A stretch of 64,000 nt of DNA from Eledone cirrhosa (GCA_964016885.1 OZ024740.1:198462001-198526000); one strand, 5' to 3'; shown: positions 1 through 13,340, counted from the stretch's first letter. A program made the numbers and translations. Notes: generated from the letters alone by a model not told the origin.

Positions 1-244
1 CAGGAATATGGCCCGTATGGCGAGATCCAAACCTCTCCGAAAAAGCACAGCAACTCCTCCCACCGATCCCGGACGGCTGGGAGATGCGTACAAATTCTAG
101 CCGTCGAAGATCGGTGCGAAAGCCCGTGCTTCGGAGATTCTGGTCTCGCTGATGGCCACTACAACTATATTTAGTGACCTGAGGTCGTTGAGCAGGTGGC
201 CCTGCTTCCATGACGACCCCAAGCCAGAGTCTGAGTGAGGTCAT
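1..244 (-). pseudogene. Disrupted N-terminus of Tx1 ORF2 (AP endonuclease)
   Basis: Minus-strand translation GLGSSWKQGHLLNDLRSLNIVVVAISETRISEARAFAPIFDG*NLYASPSRPGSVGGVAVLF aligns with the starts of 28306..29631 and 42436..42666; it has an internal stop and a deletion after the ATG. Confidence 0.85.
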
Positions 245-278
245 GTTGAAATGGAATGGGAAAGATGGGAAAGACCAC

Positions 279-1962
279 TTACTTTACTTCTCGTACAGGA
301 AGGATGGTTTGTCCATCCTTTTCACTGCTTGTGGCCTCCTCCGGAAGGATGTCCTTATAAATCCTCCTGGAGTGTGTTTGTCGGAAGTCTCCGATGTCTT
401 TGGGGAATTTTTGTTTTAGTGTCGTGTACGTTTTCTGTGTGATGCGAGTGATTTGTATGTGTGGAGGTGGTGTGAACTTTTGGGTTGTTGTGTAGTCTTT
501 TTCTGTGATGCTGGTGTTGTGTTGCATGTAGTGTAATAATTGGTTGTTGTTCAAATTTAATGCTGTGTAGTATGTATCGTTTTGGTTGTTTTGTTTTGTT
601 TGCGTTTGTTGTGGGTTTGTTTCTGTTACGCTTTTTGGTGACTTTTGTGGTGTTGGTGATGGTGGTGTTGGGGTTAATGATGGTGATGGTGTTGGTGTTT
701 GTGGTGATGGGGTTGGTGATGCTGGTGTGGATGGTGGCATATCTGTCTTAACTTTCTTGTTCGATAATTTATTTGTTTCCCTCTGTATTTTGTTTTTTGA
801 GGGGGAAGGAAGAGAATTTTTTCTTTTTTGGTTTCTTTTTTTTTTCTTTTTTCGTGATACCGTTTCCCACTCCTCGTCGTCACAATCTGTCTCCAGTTGC
901 GATAAGCCGGGGAGTGGAAAATCCTCCACAGGCGTTGGTTTTGGTTGTGGCGTGGTGGATGGTGTAGGCGCTGGTCCTAGTTCTGGGGCGTTGGGTGGCG
1001 GTGGTGTTGGTTTTGCTACTGTTGCTGGGGTTGTTGCTGTTACAGTTGCTTCTGTTGTTGCTGCTACAGTTGTCGCTGCTATTTCTGCTGCTGGTGGTGT
1101 TGATGGTTGAGTCACTGGGGTGGGTAAGAGAGGTGGCCTCAACCTTTTAGCCTGAGGGCAAAAAGCCCTTAGGTGGGTTCCTTCACCACAAACGACACAC
1201 CTAGGTCTTCTGCCCTCGACGATTACGGTGAGGTGGCTGTCGTCAGTGAGGTCTATTACCTCTGGGGTCTCCTCAATGCTTTTATGGTCCGCTTGGATCA
1301 GGAGCTCCAACCCAGATCCGGACCAGTTCTCCTGCTTTTCTTTTGCTATTTCTATTATATCGGTGTTGGCCTCGATGCCGGCGAGGACGGCATCCATTAG
1401 CCAGGTAATTTCGATGGCCGGTGGAACGTGGGTCACCCTGATCTTCACAAGTCTCTGGCCACAATAGCTTGGGATGAGTGTGAAGTCGTCACTTCTTAAT
1501 GGGGTCATGGAGTGTTCTCTGGACTCCTGTGGTGTTTCAAAGAACACGTCCACGGTTCCATACTTCTGCCCACGTCTGATGTGGGGTTTTTTTTGCCCAC
1601 ACATGTCCCAAAGCTTTTTGGATTTGGGACTCGGATGCCCGTTCCACTCGGCGCGATTTTGTTTATTGTCCGATAAGACACGGTGCATAGGCGACGTTGC
1701 TCCATTTTATTAGGTGGGGGGTGAGGCTGACCCTGTACCCATATTTCTTTACCATTCCTTTGGCTTCAACTAATTCTCCTTGAGTTACCTGGATCTCTTC
1801 GCACGTTTTTGCTACTCTGGCAAAACTCAGGGTAGTTTTCTTAATTTCATTGTTGCCGTTGTTATTATCGTTATTTTTGCTATTGTTAATTTTAGTTTCA
1901 GTTGTGGTGGTGGTGGCGTCAGTGGTGTTCGGTGTGGAAGAGTTCATTTTGGTTGAATTCAT
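279..1962 (-). CDS. Tx1-type ORF1 (gag-like zinc-knuckle protein), probable frameshift near 1690
   Basis: ORF 279..1688 has CVVCGEGTHLRAFC (CX2CX4HX4C), Pro/Thr-rich linkers and EWETVSRKKKKKR. The overlapping ORF 1663..1962 supplies an N-terminus with an SFARVA motif. Confidence 0.8.
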
Positions 1963-2490
1963 TTCGATATCATGAATTAATTAATTTTTTTCCTTTGTTT
2001 CTGTTGTCGCTGTGGTGGTGGGGGTGGTGGTTGTCGCGGTAGTGGTGGTGGTGGTGGTGGCACCTTTAACACCTGCAGTCATTGGTAATGGCGGGAAATG
2101 AATGTCTGCCTGAGACAAATTTAAAATATTGCTACTGCTTACAATTCCAGTGTTGGCAAACGTAGCAATGTTTACAATGGTGGTGTCGGTGTGAGGTGTT
2201 TGATTGTGAGGAAGGAGTGAATCTGAGTCATCATTATTTTTCAAAGAAAAACATTTTTGTTTGATAATTATAAAAAGTTTAAATTTTGGGCTCAAGGCCC
2301 CAATATTTTTTAGTGTCCTTTTCAGAAATCGATGTTTGTGCACTTATATATAGTTAACAATAAAGATTTTCCATAAATGGCAATTTTAAATAGCTGAAAA
2401 TAACAAACCATTGCGGAGCTCACGATGATACGATTTACTACGTAGGTCGCCAATAATAATAATAATAATCGTAATAATAATAATAAAAAA

Positions 2491-2750
2491 AAGGATTTGG
2501 AACTGCCATGAAGTCAAAGTGGTCCCGATTGTCATAGGCGCACTAGGTACTATCTCAAAAAGTTTCCAGTGATGTTTAAAGAAAATTGACTCCGCCATGC
2601 TTTTTGGAACGCTTCAAAAGGCATGCTTGCTGGGAACCACAACAACCCTCCGATACGTCCTGAATATCTGAGTCTGAAGGTAGTGGCTTGATATTCATTT
2701 CAACAGACTTTGCAGTTAACTAACATCAATGACTGAGACTCAAAGAACAA
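2491..2750 (+). mobile_element. 3' fragment of an R4/Dong-clade LINE (divergent subfamily)
   Basis: Translates to RIWNCHEVKVVPIVIGALGTISKSFQ*...LQKACLLGTTTTLRYVLNI*, homologous to the C-terminus of 7577..8584; followed by a short UTR and (ACT)n/(AAT)n. Confidence 0.75.
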
Positions 2751-2803
<53 letters not shown>

Positions 2804-2823
2804 ATAACAATAATAATAATAAT

Positions 2824-3101
2824 AAGGTCTAATGATTACTTATCGCAAATCCCAGGAAACCTGCGTATAGGAGAAATACAAAAGATAGTACTAATGGGAA
2901 CTGCCCATATACTAAGGAAGATTCTGTCAATATAAATACATCACAAGTCTAAACACTAAAGATGCATGTGTGAGTATGTATGTTCTTTCTTGAACATGGC
3001 GGACCTTGTCGTCTCTTCAGGTCACTGGTTGTGACTTGGTGATAACTCGTATGAACATAAAGCAAGATAAATGCAACTGTAATAATAATAATAATAATAA
3101 T
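2824..3101 (+). mobile_element. 5'-truncated R4/Dong-clade LINE 3' end with (AAT)n tail
   Basis: Near-identical to 7262-7566 and to the 3' end of 7568-8760 (SQIPGN.RIGEIQKIVLMGTAHILRKILSI* plus the same 3' UTR). Confidence 0.9.
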
Positions 3102-4419
3102 ACGCACATGGTGGATAGAAGGTCGTGAAATCGCTCCCGTAAATTTTAATTTTTTAACATATTTAAATCAATTGTGAAATAACAATTCTTAGTACAAATG
3201 ATGTATATAGCATCCGGCTTGAGTCCCCAAAAAATTCGGATCCATAATATATTGTTATATCGCTCAAATATTCAATTTTGTATTATACATTTTATATTCA
3301 AAAAAGAAAATGGTTATAAATGGAAGAAAACCCCCTCTGTCTACACTATATAGAACAGCCAAATAACAGCAATTTCACCAACACCAGAAACTAGATACAC
3401 CACCTACCCCATCACCCCTCTGTGTACACTAAACACAACGGCCAGATAACGGCAATTTCCCCACCACCACCACCAATCTCAGCATAATAATAATAATTAC
3501 TATTATTATTGTCTCAAGTTTTAACAAAATGTTTAATAACAAAATGTTCAATTCCAATATCAAGAAAATATGTCAACACATATACGCGTCTAACCCCATA
3601 GATTCTCCGATCAAACAAAAATACAGTCTATTTAACAAAACTCAGTAACGACAACGCCATCAGTACAGTCACCGCCGCCGCCGCCGATCCATCATTACTA
3701 CCACTATCCCATCACCGCCGCCACCACTCCTTCATTGCTACCACCGCTATCCCCCCATTACCTTCTGTTAACTTACGAAAGGGGAAGATGGCGGTATCAC
3801 TAGACAATATTAATAAACAAGATTAATATTTAATTTTGGATCAGGAATGTTAGAGTCGAAAAGGAGGAAAATGACAAAATGACTAAATACCTAAAGAAAA
3901 TTTCACCACCAACACCCCTACCACTACCACGATGAAAACTCTGGTCAAGTCGACTCGACCGCTATTTCTACTCCAACTTCAACACCATAACTACAGTAAT
4001 GCGAACACATCACCACCACCACTGCCTCATTATCGCTACCGGCGCTATTCTCTCCCATTACCTCCTGCTAGTTGCTGCTAACACAACACCACCACCACCA
4101 CCACTGCCTCATTATCACTAGCGCCGCTATTCTCTCCCGCTTCCCCCTGCTACATTGTAGAATCTACACTAAAAGAGGAAGGCATCAAAATATATAAATA
4201 GACTGAATTGATGACCCGGTCAAAATCAAAATCAAAGCAGCACAGCAACAACGAAAAACGTAAAGAAAATAAGATTGAAGAGAAAAACAAACAGACGGAC
4301 AGAGAAGGGAAGGGAAAAACTAAGTCAGACATTCAAACACTACATTACAATGAAACTTATGCTTATTCATTTTTGGGGGGTTTTTTTGCCTGTTTGTTTG
4401 TTTGTTTATTTATGTTCGT

Positions 4420-6566
4420 CTACAGCGTGATAACGCCACACACAAATCACGTGGAGTGACGAAACCACCGGAGATGATAAATTCACCGGTGGTTATGTAA
4501 CCATACATTCGCCAATCCTCGATAAGAGTGTTTAAATGTCGAACCTAAACAGTTCGAATAACGGTGAAATGGAGACTAGAATGTCATGTGACAGACTCTC
4601 ACCCAACAGGTTCTCCCTGACTCAGCAGCAGGGACCTGGCTGTCAACCAAATACTGCTGGAGTCGGAGGAAAAAGAAGAAGGAAAGAGACCAGAACCAAC
4701 TGGACGAAAGAATTGAATAGAACTGTTATGCAATGTTACCTGAAGAGTAACCCAGGGAGAAAGGCTATAGGAAACGGATGCATAACATCTGGAACGAGAT
4801 TGGTCTATTTAAATTAGATGAACAAAAATTGGCCGGGCAGGCTCGGGTAATAAGAACTAATGGGTGGATAAGCAAGCTGGAACTGGAGGAACTGAGCAGA
4901 AAGATTAGCTTAGAGATGGAGAGTGGAGTATGCCAGGCAAACGAGCCAGTGGGAAATGAAGGTGAAGAGGTCGAGAGAACGGAGGAACCACCCGAAGCAG
5001 ACAATGACCTGAATGCTGAGATAAATAATACCTGGAACAGAGATACGGCCACTGAGGAGATGAATGCCGACGGGGTAGCACAAGATTTGGTTGATATCCT
5101 AAACTTAGTGGTAGATGAATTGGACAATGATAGTGGGAGACCTATGAACCTAAGATTTGTAGACAGGAAAAAGTTAAAAGAAACAACAGCTAAGGTAAAC
5201 AAAGTCATCCCATACCTTGAGGCGAGGAGCCTTCACCAGTGCAACACACAATATCCCCAAAGCAACAGCAAATACGGTCAGGAATCTACTTGGTATTAAA
5301 GCGAGAGGAAACAACAGACAAGAAAGAGCAGAGCCTTGGTGGAAGAAACGACTGAGTGGTCAAATCAGGGAAATGAGAAATGACATTGGAAAGCTTGAGT
5401 CCCTACTGAATGGGACACTAAAAAACATAGACACTAAAAATAGACTGGAAATAAAGTACAAAACTAGGAGTAAAAAGCTAAATATTATCATAGAGGAACT
5501 GAAGCAACGCATTGTAGCAAAGAGTGCAAAAATCAGGCGATACGAGAACAGAGCCAGTCAGTATAGACAGAACCGCATGTTCGACAACAACCAGAAGATG
5601 CTGTTTGGACAGCTTGAAGGGAAAGAAAGAGGCAACGACTTGATCCCTGAGGCGGAACAAACTAAAACATTCTGGAGAGGAATATGGGAGCAGAGTGTTA
5701 AACATAATGACCAGGCAGTGTGGATTGAGATAGTACAGAAGGAGATTAGTGAACAGACACACCAACAAACTGATTTGAGTATCACAGTTGAAACTCTTAA
5801 GGGCCAAAATACTAACCAACTGGAAATCACCAGGCCCAGATGGTGTGCAAGGATATTGGATTAAAAATATAACATCCCTCCTCCCGAAACTGACAACCAT
5901 GTTCAATGACTGCTTGATGTCAGGTGAGGTTCCAGAGTGGTTGACAAAAGGTACCACAGCTCTGATAATGAAAGACCGTATCAAGGGTAATGATGTTACC
6001 AACTATAGACCTATCACATGTCTGTCCGTAATGTGGAAACTGTTGACAAGCATTATGTCTGATGAAATCAACCATCATCTCCACACAAACAACTTGTTAC
6101 CGGACGAACAGAAAGGATGCCGAAAGAAGTCACGTGGTACAAAGGACCAGTTACTTATTGATAAGATGGTAATGAGGAATTGCAAGAGGAGACACACTGG
6201 TCTTGCCATGGGATGGATAGACTACAAAAAGGCATTTGACATGGTGCCTCATTCTTGGATCACCAAAAGCCTGGAGATCTTTAAGGTGGCAGATAACATC
6301 AGACAGTTGTTGGGCAAAAGTATGAAGTCCTGGGAAACAGAGTTAACATCAACTGGAGAATCTTTGGGAAGCGTGAAGATCAAGAGAAGTATCTTCCAGG
6401 GAGTTAGTCTGTCCCCTCTGCTGTTTGTCCTTGCCCTGATGCCACTGACCAGTGTACTGCGAAAAGTGAGAGCAGGATACAGGTTGGGAAAGGGAGGGCT
6501 TACCATCAATCACCTCCTCTTCATGGACGATCTTAAGCTCTTCGGGAAGAGTGAGAAGGAGCGTAT
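4420..6566 (+). pseudogene. R4/Dong-clade LINE 5' part with reverse transcriptase, frameshifted and 3'-truncated
   Basis: Consecutive ORFs at 4536, 4778, 5217 and 5788 carry NWKSPGPDG, YRPITCL, EQKGC, WIDYKKAFDMVPH, IFQGVSLSP and HLLFMDDLKLF; N-terminal WT..LNR and PWWK.RL motifs are typical of R4/Dong. Confidence 0.85.
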
Positions 6567-6637
6567 TAAAGTCACATCTGAACAGTAGGAATGCCATAAG
6601 TACAGTAAATTCCCGAGCTGTGTCTATTATTAGGTAC

Positions 6638-7513
6638 AGAGCGAGCTAACAATCCTGATGTTGACAAAACTTTAACCCATCAGTGGTTGGCATCCTCTGG
6701 ACTGAAATCGGAGACTGAAGGACTGATTATATCCGCACAAGATCAGTGTCTGCCAACAAAAAATTACCAAGCCAACATAATAAAAAATGGGTGCAGCCCA
6801 TTATGCCGTGTATGCAAAAAACAACCAGAGACCATTGACCATATAATTTCAATGTGCAGTCCTATAGCTCCAACCGAATTCCTAAACAGGCATGACAGAG
6901 CTGCACAATACATACATTGGATAATGTGTAAGCATTTTGACCTGCCCCATCAAAAGAATTGGTGGGAGCATCAACCACCTCCCATACTTGAAAAAGATCA
7001 CATCTCAATCTTGTGGAACTTTAGCATCCAAACAGACTGAAAAATAGATGCAAACAGACCTGATATAATATTGAAAGACTTTCAAAAGAGGGTATGCCTG
7101 CTAATTGATATGTCTGTTCCAATAGACAAGAATGTATCTATAAAAACATTTGAAAAATTGAGCAAGTATAAGGACCTGGAGATAGAAATTGGAAAAATGT
7201 GGAAATTGAGAACTAAAACAATACCAGTGGTTGTAGGCGCTCTGGGAATGATACCTAAGGGGTCTAATGATTATATATCGCAAATCCCAGGAAACCCGCG
7301 TATAGGAGAAATACAAAAGATAGTACTAATGGGAACTGCCCATATACTAAGGAAGATTCTGTCAATATAAGTACATCACAAGTCTAAACACTAAAGATGC
7401 ATATGTGAATATGTATGTTCTTTCTTGAACATGGCGGACCTTGTTGTCTCTTGAGGTCACTGGCTGTGACTTGGTGATAACTCGTATGAACATAAAGCAA
7501 GATAAATGCAACT

Positions 7514-7566
<53 letters not shown>
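6638..7566 (+). mobile_element. R4/Dong-clade LINE 3' part (CCHC knuckle + restriction-like endonuclease) with one stop; (AAT)n tail
   Basis: ORFs 6687..7040 and 7071..7370; near-identical to ~7853-8760. Confidence 0.9.
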
Positions 7567-7567
<1 letters not shown>

Positions 7568-7576
7568 GACATTGCG

Positions 7577-8584
7577 TTGAAAACTGCAACAATTGGATTA
7601 TCCACATATCTAAGGGAATCACATGATTGGATGATCAAACTCGTTTTGAAACACGAAAGCACCAAAAGATCATATTCCATTACAAAAGATGCACAAAGAT
7701 ACAGTAATGGACTACAAATTTCAGAAGTCCCATTTACTGCTGAAATGGAAAACACAGAAAAAGCAAAGCAGGTAAAAGTAACTGCAAAGAAAGAACTGCT
7801 ACAGAAACTGGCTAAGAAATGGCAAGAAAAGCCTCTGTATGGAAAATACCCAGAGCGAGCTAACAATCCTGATGTTGACAAAACTTTAACCCATCAGTGG
7901 TTGGCATCCTCTGGACTGAAATCGGAGACTGAAGGACTGATTATATCCGCACAAGATCAGTGTCTGCCAACAAAAAATTACCAAGCCAACATAATAAAAA
8001 ATGGGTGCAGCCCATTATGCCGTGTATGCAAAAAACAACCAGAGACCATTGACCATATAATTTCAATGTGCAGTCCTATAGCTCCAACCGAATACCTAAA
8101 CAGGCATGACAGAGCTGCACAATACATACATTGGATAATGTGTAAGCATTTTGACCTGCCCCATCAAAAGAATTGGTGGGAGCATCAACCACCTCCCATA
8201 CTTGAAAAAGATCACATCTCAATCTTGTGGAACTTTAGCATCCAAACAGACCGAAAAATAGATGCAAATAGACCTGATATAATATTGAAGGACTTTCAAA
8301 GGAGGGTATGCCTGCTAATTGATATGTCTGTTCCAATAGACAAGAACGTATCTATAAAAACATTTGAAAAATTGAGCAAGTATAAGGACCTGGAGATAGA
8401 AATTGGAAAAATGTGGAAATTGAGAACTAAAACAATACCAGTGGTTGTAGGCGCTCTGGGAATTATACCTAAGGGGTTTAACGACTACTTATCGCAAATC
8501 CCAGGAAACCCGCGTATAGGAGAAATACAAAAGATAGTACTAATGGGAACTGCCCATATACTAAGGAAGATCCTGTCAATATAA
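7577..8584 (+). CDS. C-terminal part of an R4/Dong-clade ORF: zinc knuckle and PD-(D/E)xK restriction-like endonuclease (5'-truncated copy 7568-8760)
   Basis: CRVCKKQPETIDHIISMC, RHD, NRPDII...LLIDMS, EKLSKY and PVVVGALG motifs; open frame; flanked by (AAT)n on both sides. Confidence 0.9.
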   Translation: MKTATIGLSTYLRESHDWMIKLVLKHESTKRSYSITKDAQRYSNGLQISEVPFTAEMENTEKAKQVKVTAKKELLQKLAKKWQEKPLYGKYPERANNPDVDKTLTHQWLASSGLKSETEGLIISAQDQCLPTKNYQANIIKNGCSPLCRVCKKQPETIDHIISMCSPIAPTEYLNRHDRAAQYIHWIMCKHFDLPHQKNWWEHQPPPILEKDHISILWNFSIQTDRKIDANRPDIILKDFQRRVCLLIDMSVPIDKNVSIKTFEKLSKYKDLEIEIGKMWKLRTKTIPVVVGALGIIPKGFNDYLSQIPGNPRIGEIQKIVLMGTAHILRKILSI

Positions 8585-8724
8585 GTACATCACAAGTCTA
8601 AACACTAAGGATGCATGTGTGAATATGTATGTTCTTTCTTGAATATGGCGGACCTTGTTGTCTCTTGAGGTCACTGGTTGTGACTTGGTGATAACTCGTA
8701 TAAACATAAAGCAAGATAAATGCA

Positions 8725-8725
<1 letters not shown>

Positions 8726-8762
<37 letters not shown>

Positions 8763-8852
8763 GAAGAAGAAGAAGAAGATAACGAAGAAGAAGAAGAAGA
8801 AGAAGAAGAAGAAGAAGAAGAAGAAGAAGAAGAAGAAGAAGAAGAAGAAGAA
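8726..8852. repeat. (AAT)n followed by (AAG)n microsatellite
   Basis: Directly visible. Confidence 0.95.
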
Positions 8853-9643
8853 GGGCTAAATGACCCCATTCATCGCACATTGTTCGAATTAAATGCTGTA
8901 CAATTCAGTCTCTTATGTATCTATGTAATTTCACGCAAGTTTTGCTTCGTTTTCATCTTGTAAATATGCGAGGAAAGTGTTCGACTATTTTTTTGTAGAC
9001 TCTGAATGGACCAGGTTTACCCATGGTAGGGTTTGAAACTGTACACCTCCATTTCGATATCCAGTGCCCGCGAGCCATATGCACTATAAACACACACATC
9101 CTTTTCTCTCTCTCTCTCTCTCTCTATCATATATATAGATGTTATTATATATATATATATATACATGTACATATGAATGTATGTATACATAAATATACTT
9201 ATGTGTATATATATATATGTATACATTATCTCTGTGTTTGTGTGTGCGTGGGTGTGTTCCTAATTACACCGAGGAAGATACATATAAGCTATTAAGAACA
9301 CACACAAGTTATTATATTCATCTTAAGTTTATCTCTCTCTGGTGTCAAACACATTCGTTGCAGGGGTATAAAGTCAATAACGCGGTTGTAAGATATTCGG
9401 CAAAATGTTTTAACTTAACAGACTGTATTTTTAACAAATATTATTCAAATGACTGTAAGTTTTATACGTTTCCCTTCCATTTCTACATTCTCTTTTTTCT
9501 CTTTTCAAATGTGAGCATGCCAAATTGAACGGTTACTTCAATCCAAAGTTATATTCAGCAGATCTTTGAACCGCTGACATTACTGTAGCTGATAATAGAA
9601 GATCCTAAGTTTATAACAAATTACAAATACACACACATGTATA

Positions 9644-9727
<84 letters not shown>

Positions 9728-9731
<4 letters not shown>

Positions 9732-10185
9732 TACTTTGGGAGGGTCATGTTGCCAATAAGAAACACACGCACCAGTTGCATTCACTTCAATTTATTATAA
9801 TAAATTTATAAAAAATTTATAAATTTATAAATTTCTGTTTGGTTGGTTGGTTCCACAACCAGATAGTTGTTTATATATTGTCATAGTTCTTTCGTCACAC
9901 ACTCTGTGACCTCTTCAGAAACAAAGAAAGGAATCCCCAGTCACTGAAGAGGTCACAGTGACGAAAGAACTATGACAATATATAAACAACTATCTGGTTG
10001 TGGGACCAACCAACCAGAAATTTATAAATTTATAAATTTATTATAAATTTATTATAATAAAATGAAGTGAAAGCGACTGGTGCGTGTGTTTCTTATTGGC
10101 AACATGACCCTCCCAAAGTATAACAATATCGGTTTCAACACACGATTTCAGATAAAGAATCTTGCTAAACAAATTCAGAAACGAA

Positions 10186-10186
<1 letters not shown>
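9728..10186. mobile_element. Fold-back short element (family A), PLE pLTR-like, in (TA)n
   Basis: Arm 9728-9918 is the inverted copy of 9944-10124; further copies at 15170-15410 and 54744-54775. Confidence 0.8.
9940..9976 (+). ncRNA. Minimal type I hammerhead ribozyme fold (family A)
   Basis: GTCA-CTGAAGA-G-GTCAC/GTGAC-GAAA-GAAC-TA-TGAC. The mirror core on the minus strand (9880-9918) has a longer stem II but lacks the 5' strand of stem I. Confidence 0.75.
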
Positions 10187-10216
<30 letters not shown>

Positions 10217-10826
10217 AAGTGTACGATAAACACGAAATGTGTTTACATTGCAACAGACAAAGTTAGCTATTAATAAAATAAACTAATAAAAGTGAATACA
10301 ATTTGTCTGTCTCGATATAAGTCAATAAAGACAATATTATATTGGCAACAGCCATGATTCCTGAACATATTTAAATTTCAAAATTCAAACCTGTTCTGTA
10401 GACGAATTTGAACCTCGAAACCCAAATAAGTTTCACAACGGTGGAATGTGAATTGAAAAATAAAGAGAATCGAAATGGAATAGAAATAAAAGAGTGAAAT
10501 ACCCAAATCTTCTGTGCTTATCAACAGGAATCCAGTAAGATTAGTCTATCACACATCAACAATTTTGCAGGACTGACTACACGTGGGTAGGCAGGCCAAA
10601 ACTAGCTATCCCACATTCACGGTGCTAGAAATAACAGCCGCTTATGCAGGATTAAGGATCAGCTCATACAATCGTACACTTTAAATGTATTAACTGCTCG
10701 GAAGAGACCCTTCCTGGAGCTTAATTATTGTAAACGACTGAGAGTTTATTCTCAAAATATAATATAATTATATATATATATATATATATATTAGTATATA
10801 TGTGTGTGTATTTGTAATTTGTTATA

Positions 10827-10864
<38 letters not shown>

Positions 10865-11320
10865 GTAGAAATAAACACAGTAAATTGTGTGTCTAAAATT
10901 ACGAAACAAACTCATACAACTAAAATTCACACGAGTGAATATCTCACCTCGTGCGCTGGACGTTAGAAGTGGTGTGAGAGGATATGATAAAAACAATAGG
11001 CTTAATACACCTAACTTATAAGCTCACCTAGTTAGGGAGCCGAAATACAAATACAAATAGAGATGTTCATTCGTGTTTGTTCCATAATCTCTCGCCGAGG
11101 AAAGCCTACGGATTATCTGTTACAAACACAATTTTCAGGGCGAAACAGATTAAATCTCTAATCTGTCCGAGAGATGAAATAGTTATTGAGACGGTCTGTA
11201 TATATATTCTATATCTTCCGTTTGATTCAGGTTAAATTTATCAAACCAATGTGGTATTTCAACCCTCGTAACTTTAGACTCACAATTTACTGTGTACATT
11301 TCTACATATATTATTATATA

Positions 11321-11505
11321 ATTGTTTCTACTTTAGGCACAAGGCCAGAAAATACTCAGTACATTACTGGTACTTTATTTTATCGACTCCGTAAGGATGA
11401 AAGGCAAAATTAACCTCGGCGGGATTTGAACTCAGACTGTAAAGGGACGTAACTATGCTAGAAAGCATGGTGTCTGACGCTCTACCGATTCTGCCAATCT
11501 ACCAC
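11321..11505 (-). mobile_element. tRNA-derived SINE (Octopus-type)
   Basis: Minus-strand A-box TGGCAGAATCGG and B-box GTTCAAATCCC; body shared with 33247, 34118, 39506, 39614 and 43808; CTACATATATTATTATA-like flanking duplication. Confidence 0.85.
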
Positions 11506-11603
11506 ATATATACTACATATATTATTATAAAATGCTCAGTATTTATACTTTGAGCTTGTTAATTACTGGGTATCAATATGAGTTAGTAACTCTGTATTTT
11601 ATT

Positions 11604-11977
<374 letters not shown>

Positions 11978-12934
11978 AACACAACAAACAGATAGTTGCA
12001 GGCAAACTGAATTTTAAGAACCGCAGTCACAGACGTAAATATATTAAAATACTTGGAGACGCAGTGCTTCTGAACATTGGGCGACTTGATAAGCTGGAAT
12101 AATAATTAGATTGGGCAGAATTGTTTCTGAATAAATATAATGCCGATGTTTATGCCACTGGATATTAGAATTCCGTGTAATTTCCAAAGACAATCATTTT
12201 CTAACGTTATGCATAGTGCTACTCTGCAGATTGTTATATAAACACATCCATAGCTGTACCCAGAGCTATGAATGTATTATCTTTAAAATCACTCCAAAAA
12301 AATACACTATATGATTACTTAAAAAAAAACAAAAAGAAACATAACTTATAAACATTAAATGTCTGCCCATTTATAATCAGCATCCATTCAGCTCTATATA
12401 TATTAGACAAATGGTTCCAATATCAGCTGCTGTACTGTTTTTGGAAACGTTTCAACATATTTTTGACATGTATTGTAAGATAAACAGCTCCACGTTTTGA
12501 AATACTGTTACTTGCTACAACCTAAAGGTTATTTTATAATATATCCGGAACGCCCAACGGCGAGATTTAGCCACTGCACTATTCATGATATATTATCATT
12601 TCTGACTCTTTGTGGTCTTTGTACAGCTTAACATAGTAATTTGAAAACTCCTTTTGATGTTAATGCAATGTGTTGCGCCGTATATATGGTTCATATTCCT
12701 GCGACGCAACTTTAAAACATAATGAGAGTAACACTTCATATGAAGGGAAAATGAAATCCTATCGTTTACTGATTCAGGCCTATGGAACTCTGTGACTACC
12801 GCTCCCCTCATATATATATGGCTGAGTGAATGAGTTGGGGTTAAACCCAACGAAATGTATGTATCTGCATATACTACCGTTGTACCTGATTATATATACA
12901 CATATATATATAGATATATACATATATAACTTTA

Positions 12935-13340
12935 ATAACTTTGATAGATTTAGGCCAGTATTGGCCCGGGCCATGTCTAACTTAATAGCACCACCAGGCG
13001 AAGTCTTTCAAATCAGGATTTGGATACAATGGCCCACTCAAATAGAGAGTTATTGTTTACGGAGACATATCCAGGTGTAAGAGGTTGATCCGGGATTTCT
13101 TGAAGGAATTTGTCCAAAGAATTCTTGAACTTTATGGGGTCTGTTTCTGTTTAATGTGTTTTGGTGTAATGTTGAAGAGAGCGGGGTCGATTAAGGTGAA
13201 ATAATTGGCCATATTGTTTTTATGAGATGCGAGGGTGATTTTTGTTGTGGGCGGATAGCATGGGGCCCAAGGCTTGGGGCTACCTTAAAGGTGATGCCAA
13301 AATCATTTCAGCAATGCTGAAGGAATGTTTACCACACCAT
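12935..13340 (-). mobile_element. Degenerate CR1-like LINE 3' end
   Basis: A minus-strand frame gives FKNSLDKFLQEIPDQPLTPGYVSVNNNSLFEW, the characteristic C-terminal motif of CR1-group ORF2. Confidence 0.65.

Larger units (their letters stand above)
1..2450 (-). mobile_element. Tx1/L1-clade non-LTR retrotransposon, 5' part (5' UTR, ORF1, start of ORF2), runs off the window
   Basis: ORF1 with a CCHC knuckle is followed by an APE N-terminus homologous to the ORF2 at 28306. The 5' boundary is approximate, set at the (AAT)n run at 2451. Confidence 0.85.

Noticed and set aside
560-1713. Plus-strand ORFs overlapping Tx1 ORF1, and antisense ORFs over the other LINEs and PLEs
   Set aside because: Shadow frames of the retroelement coding sequence, with no independent motifs.
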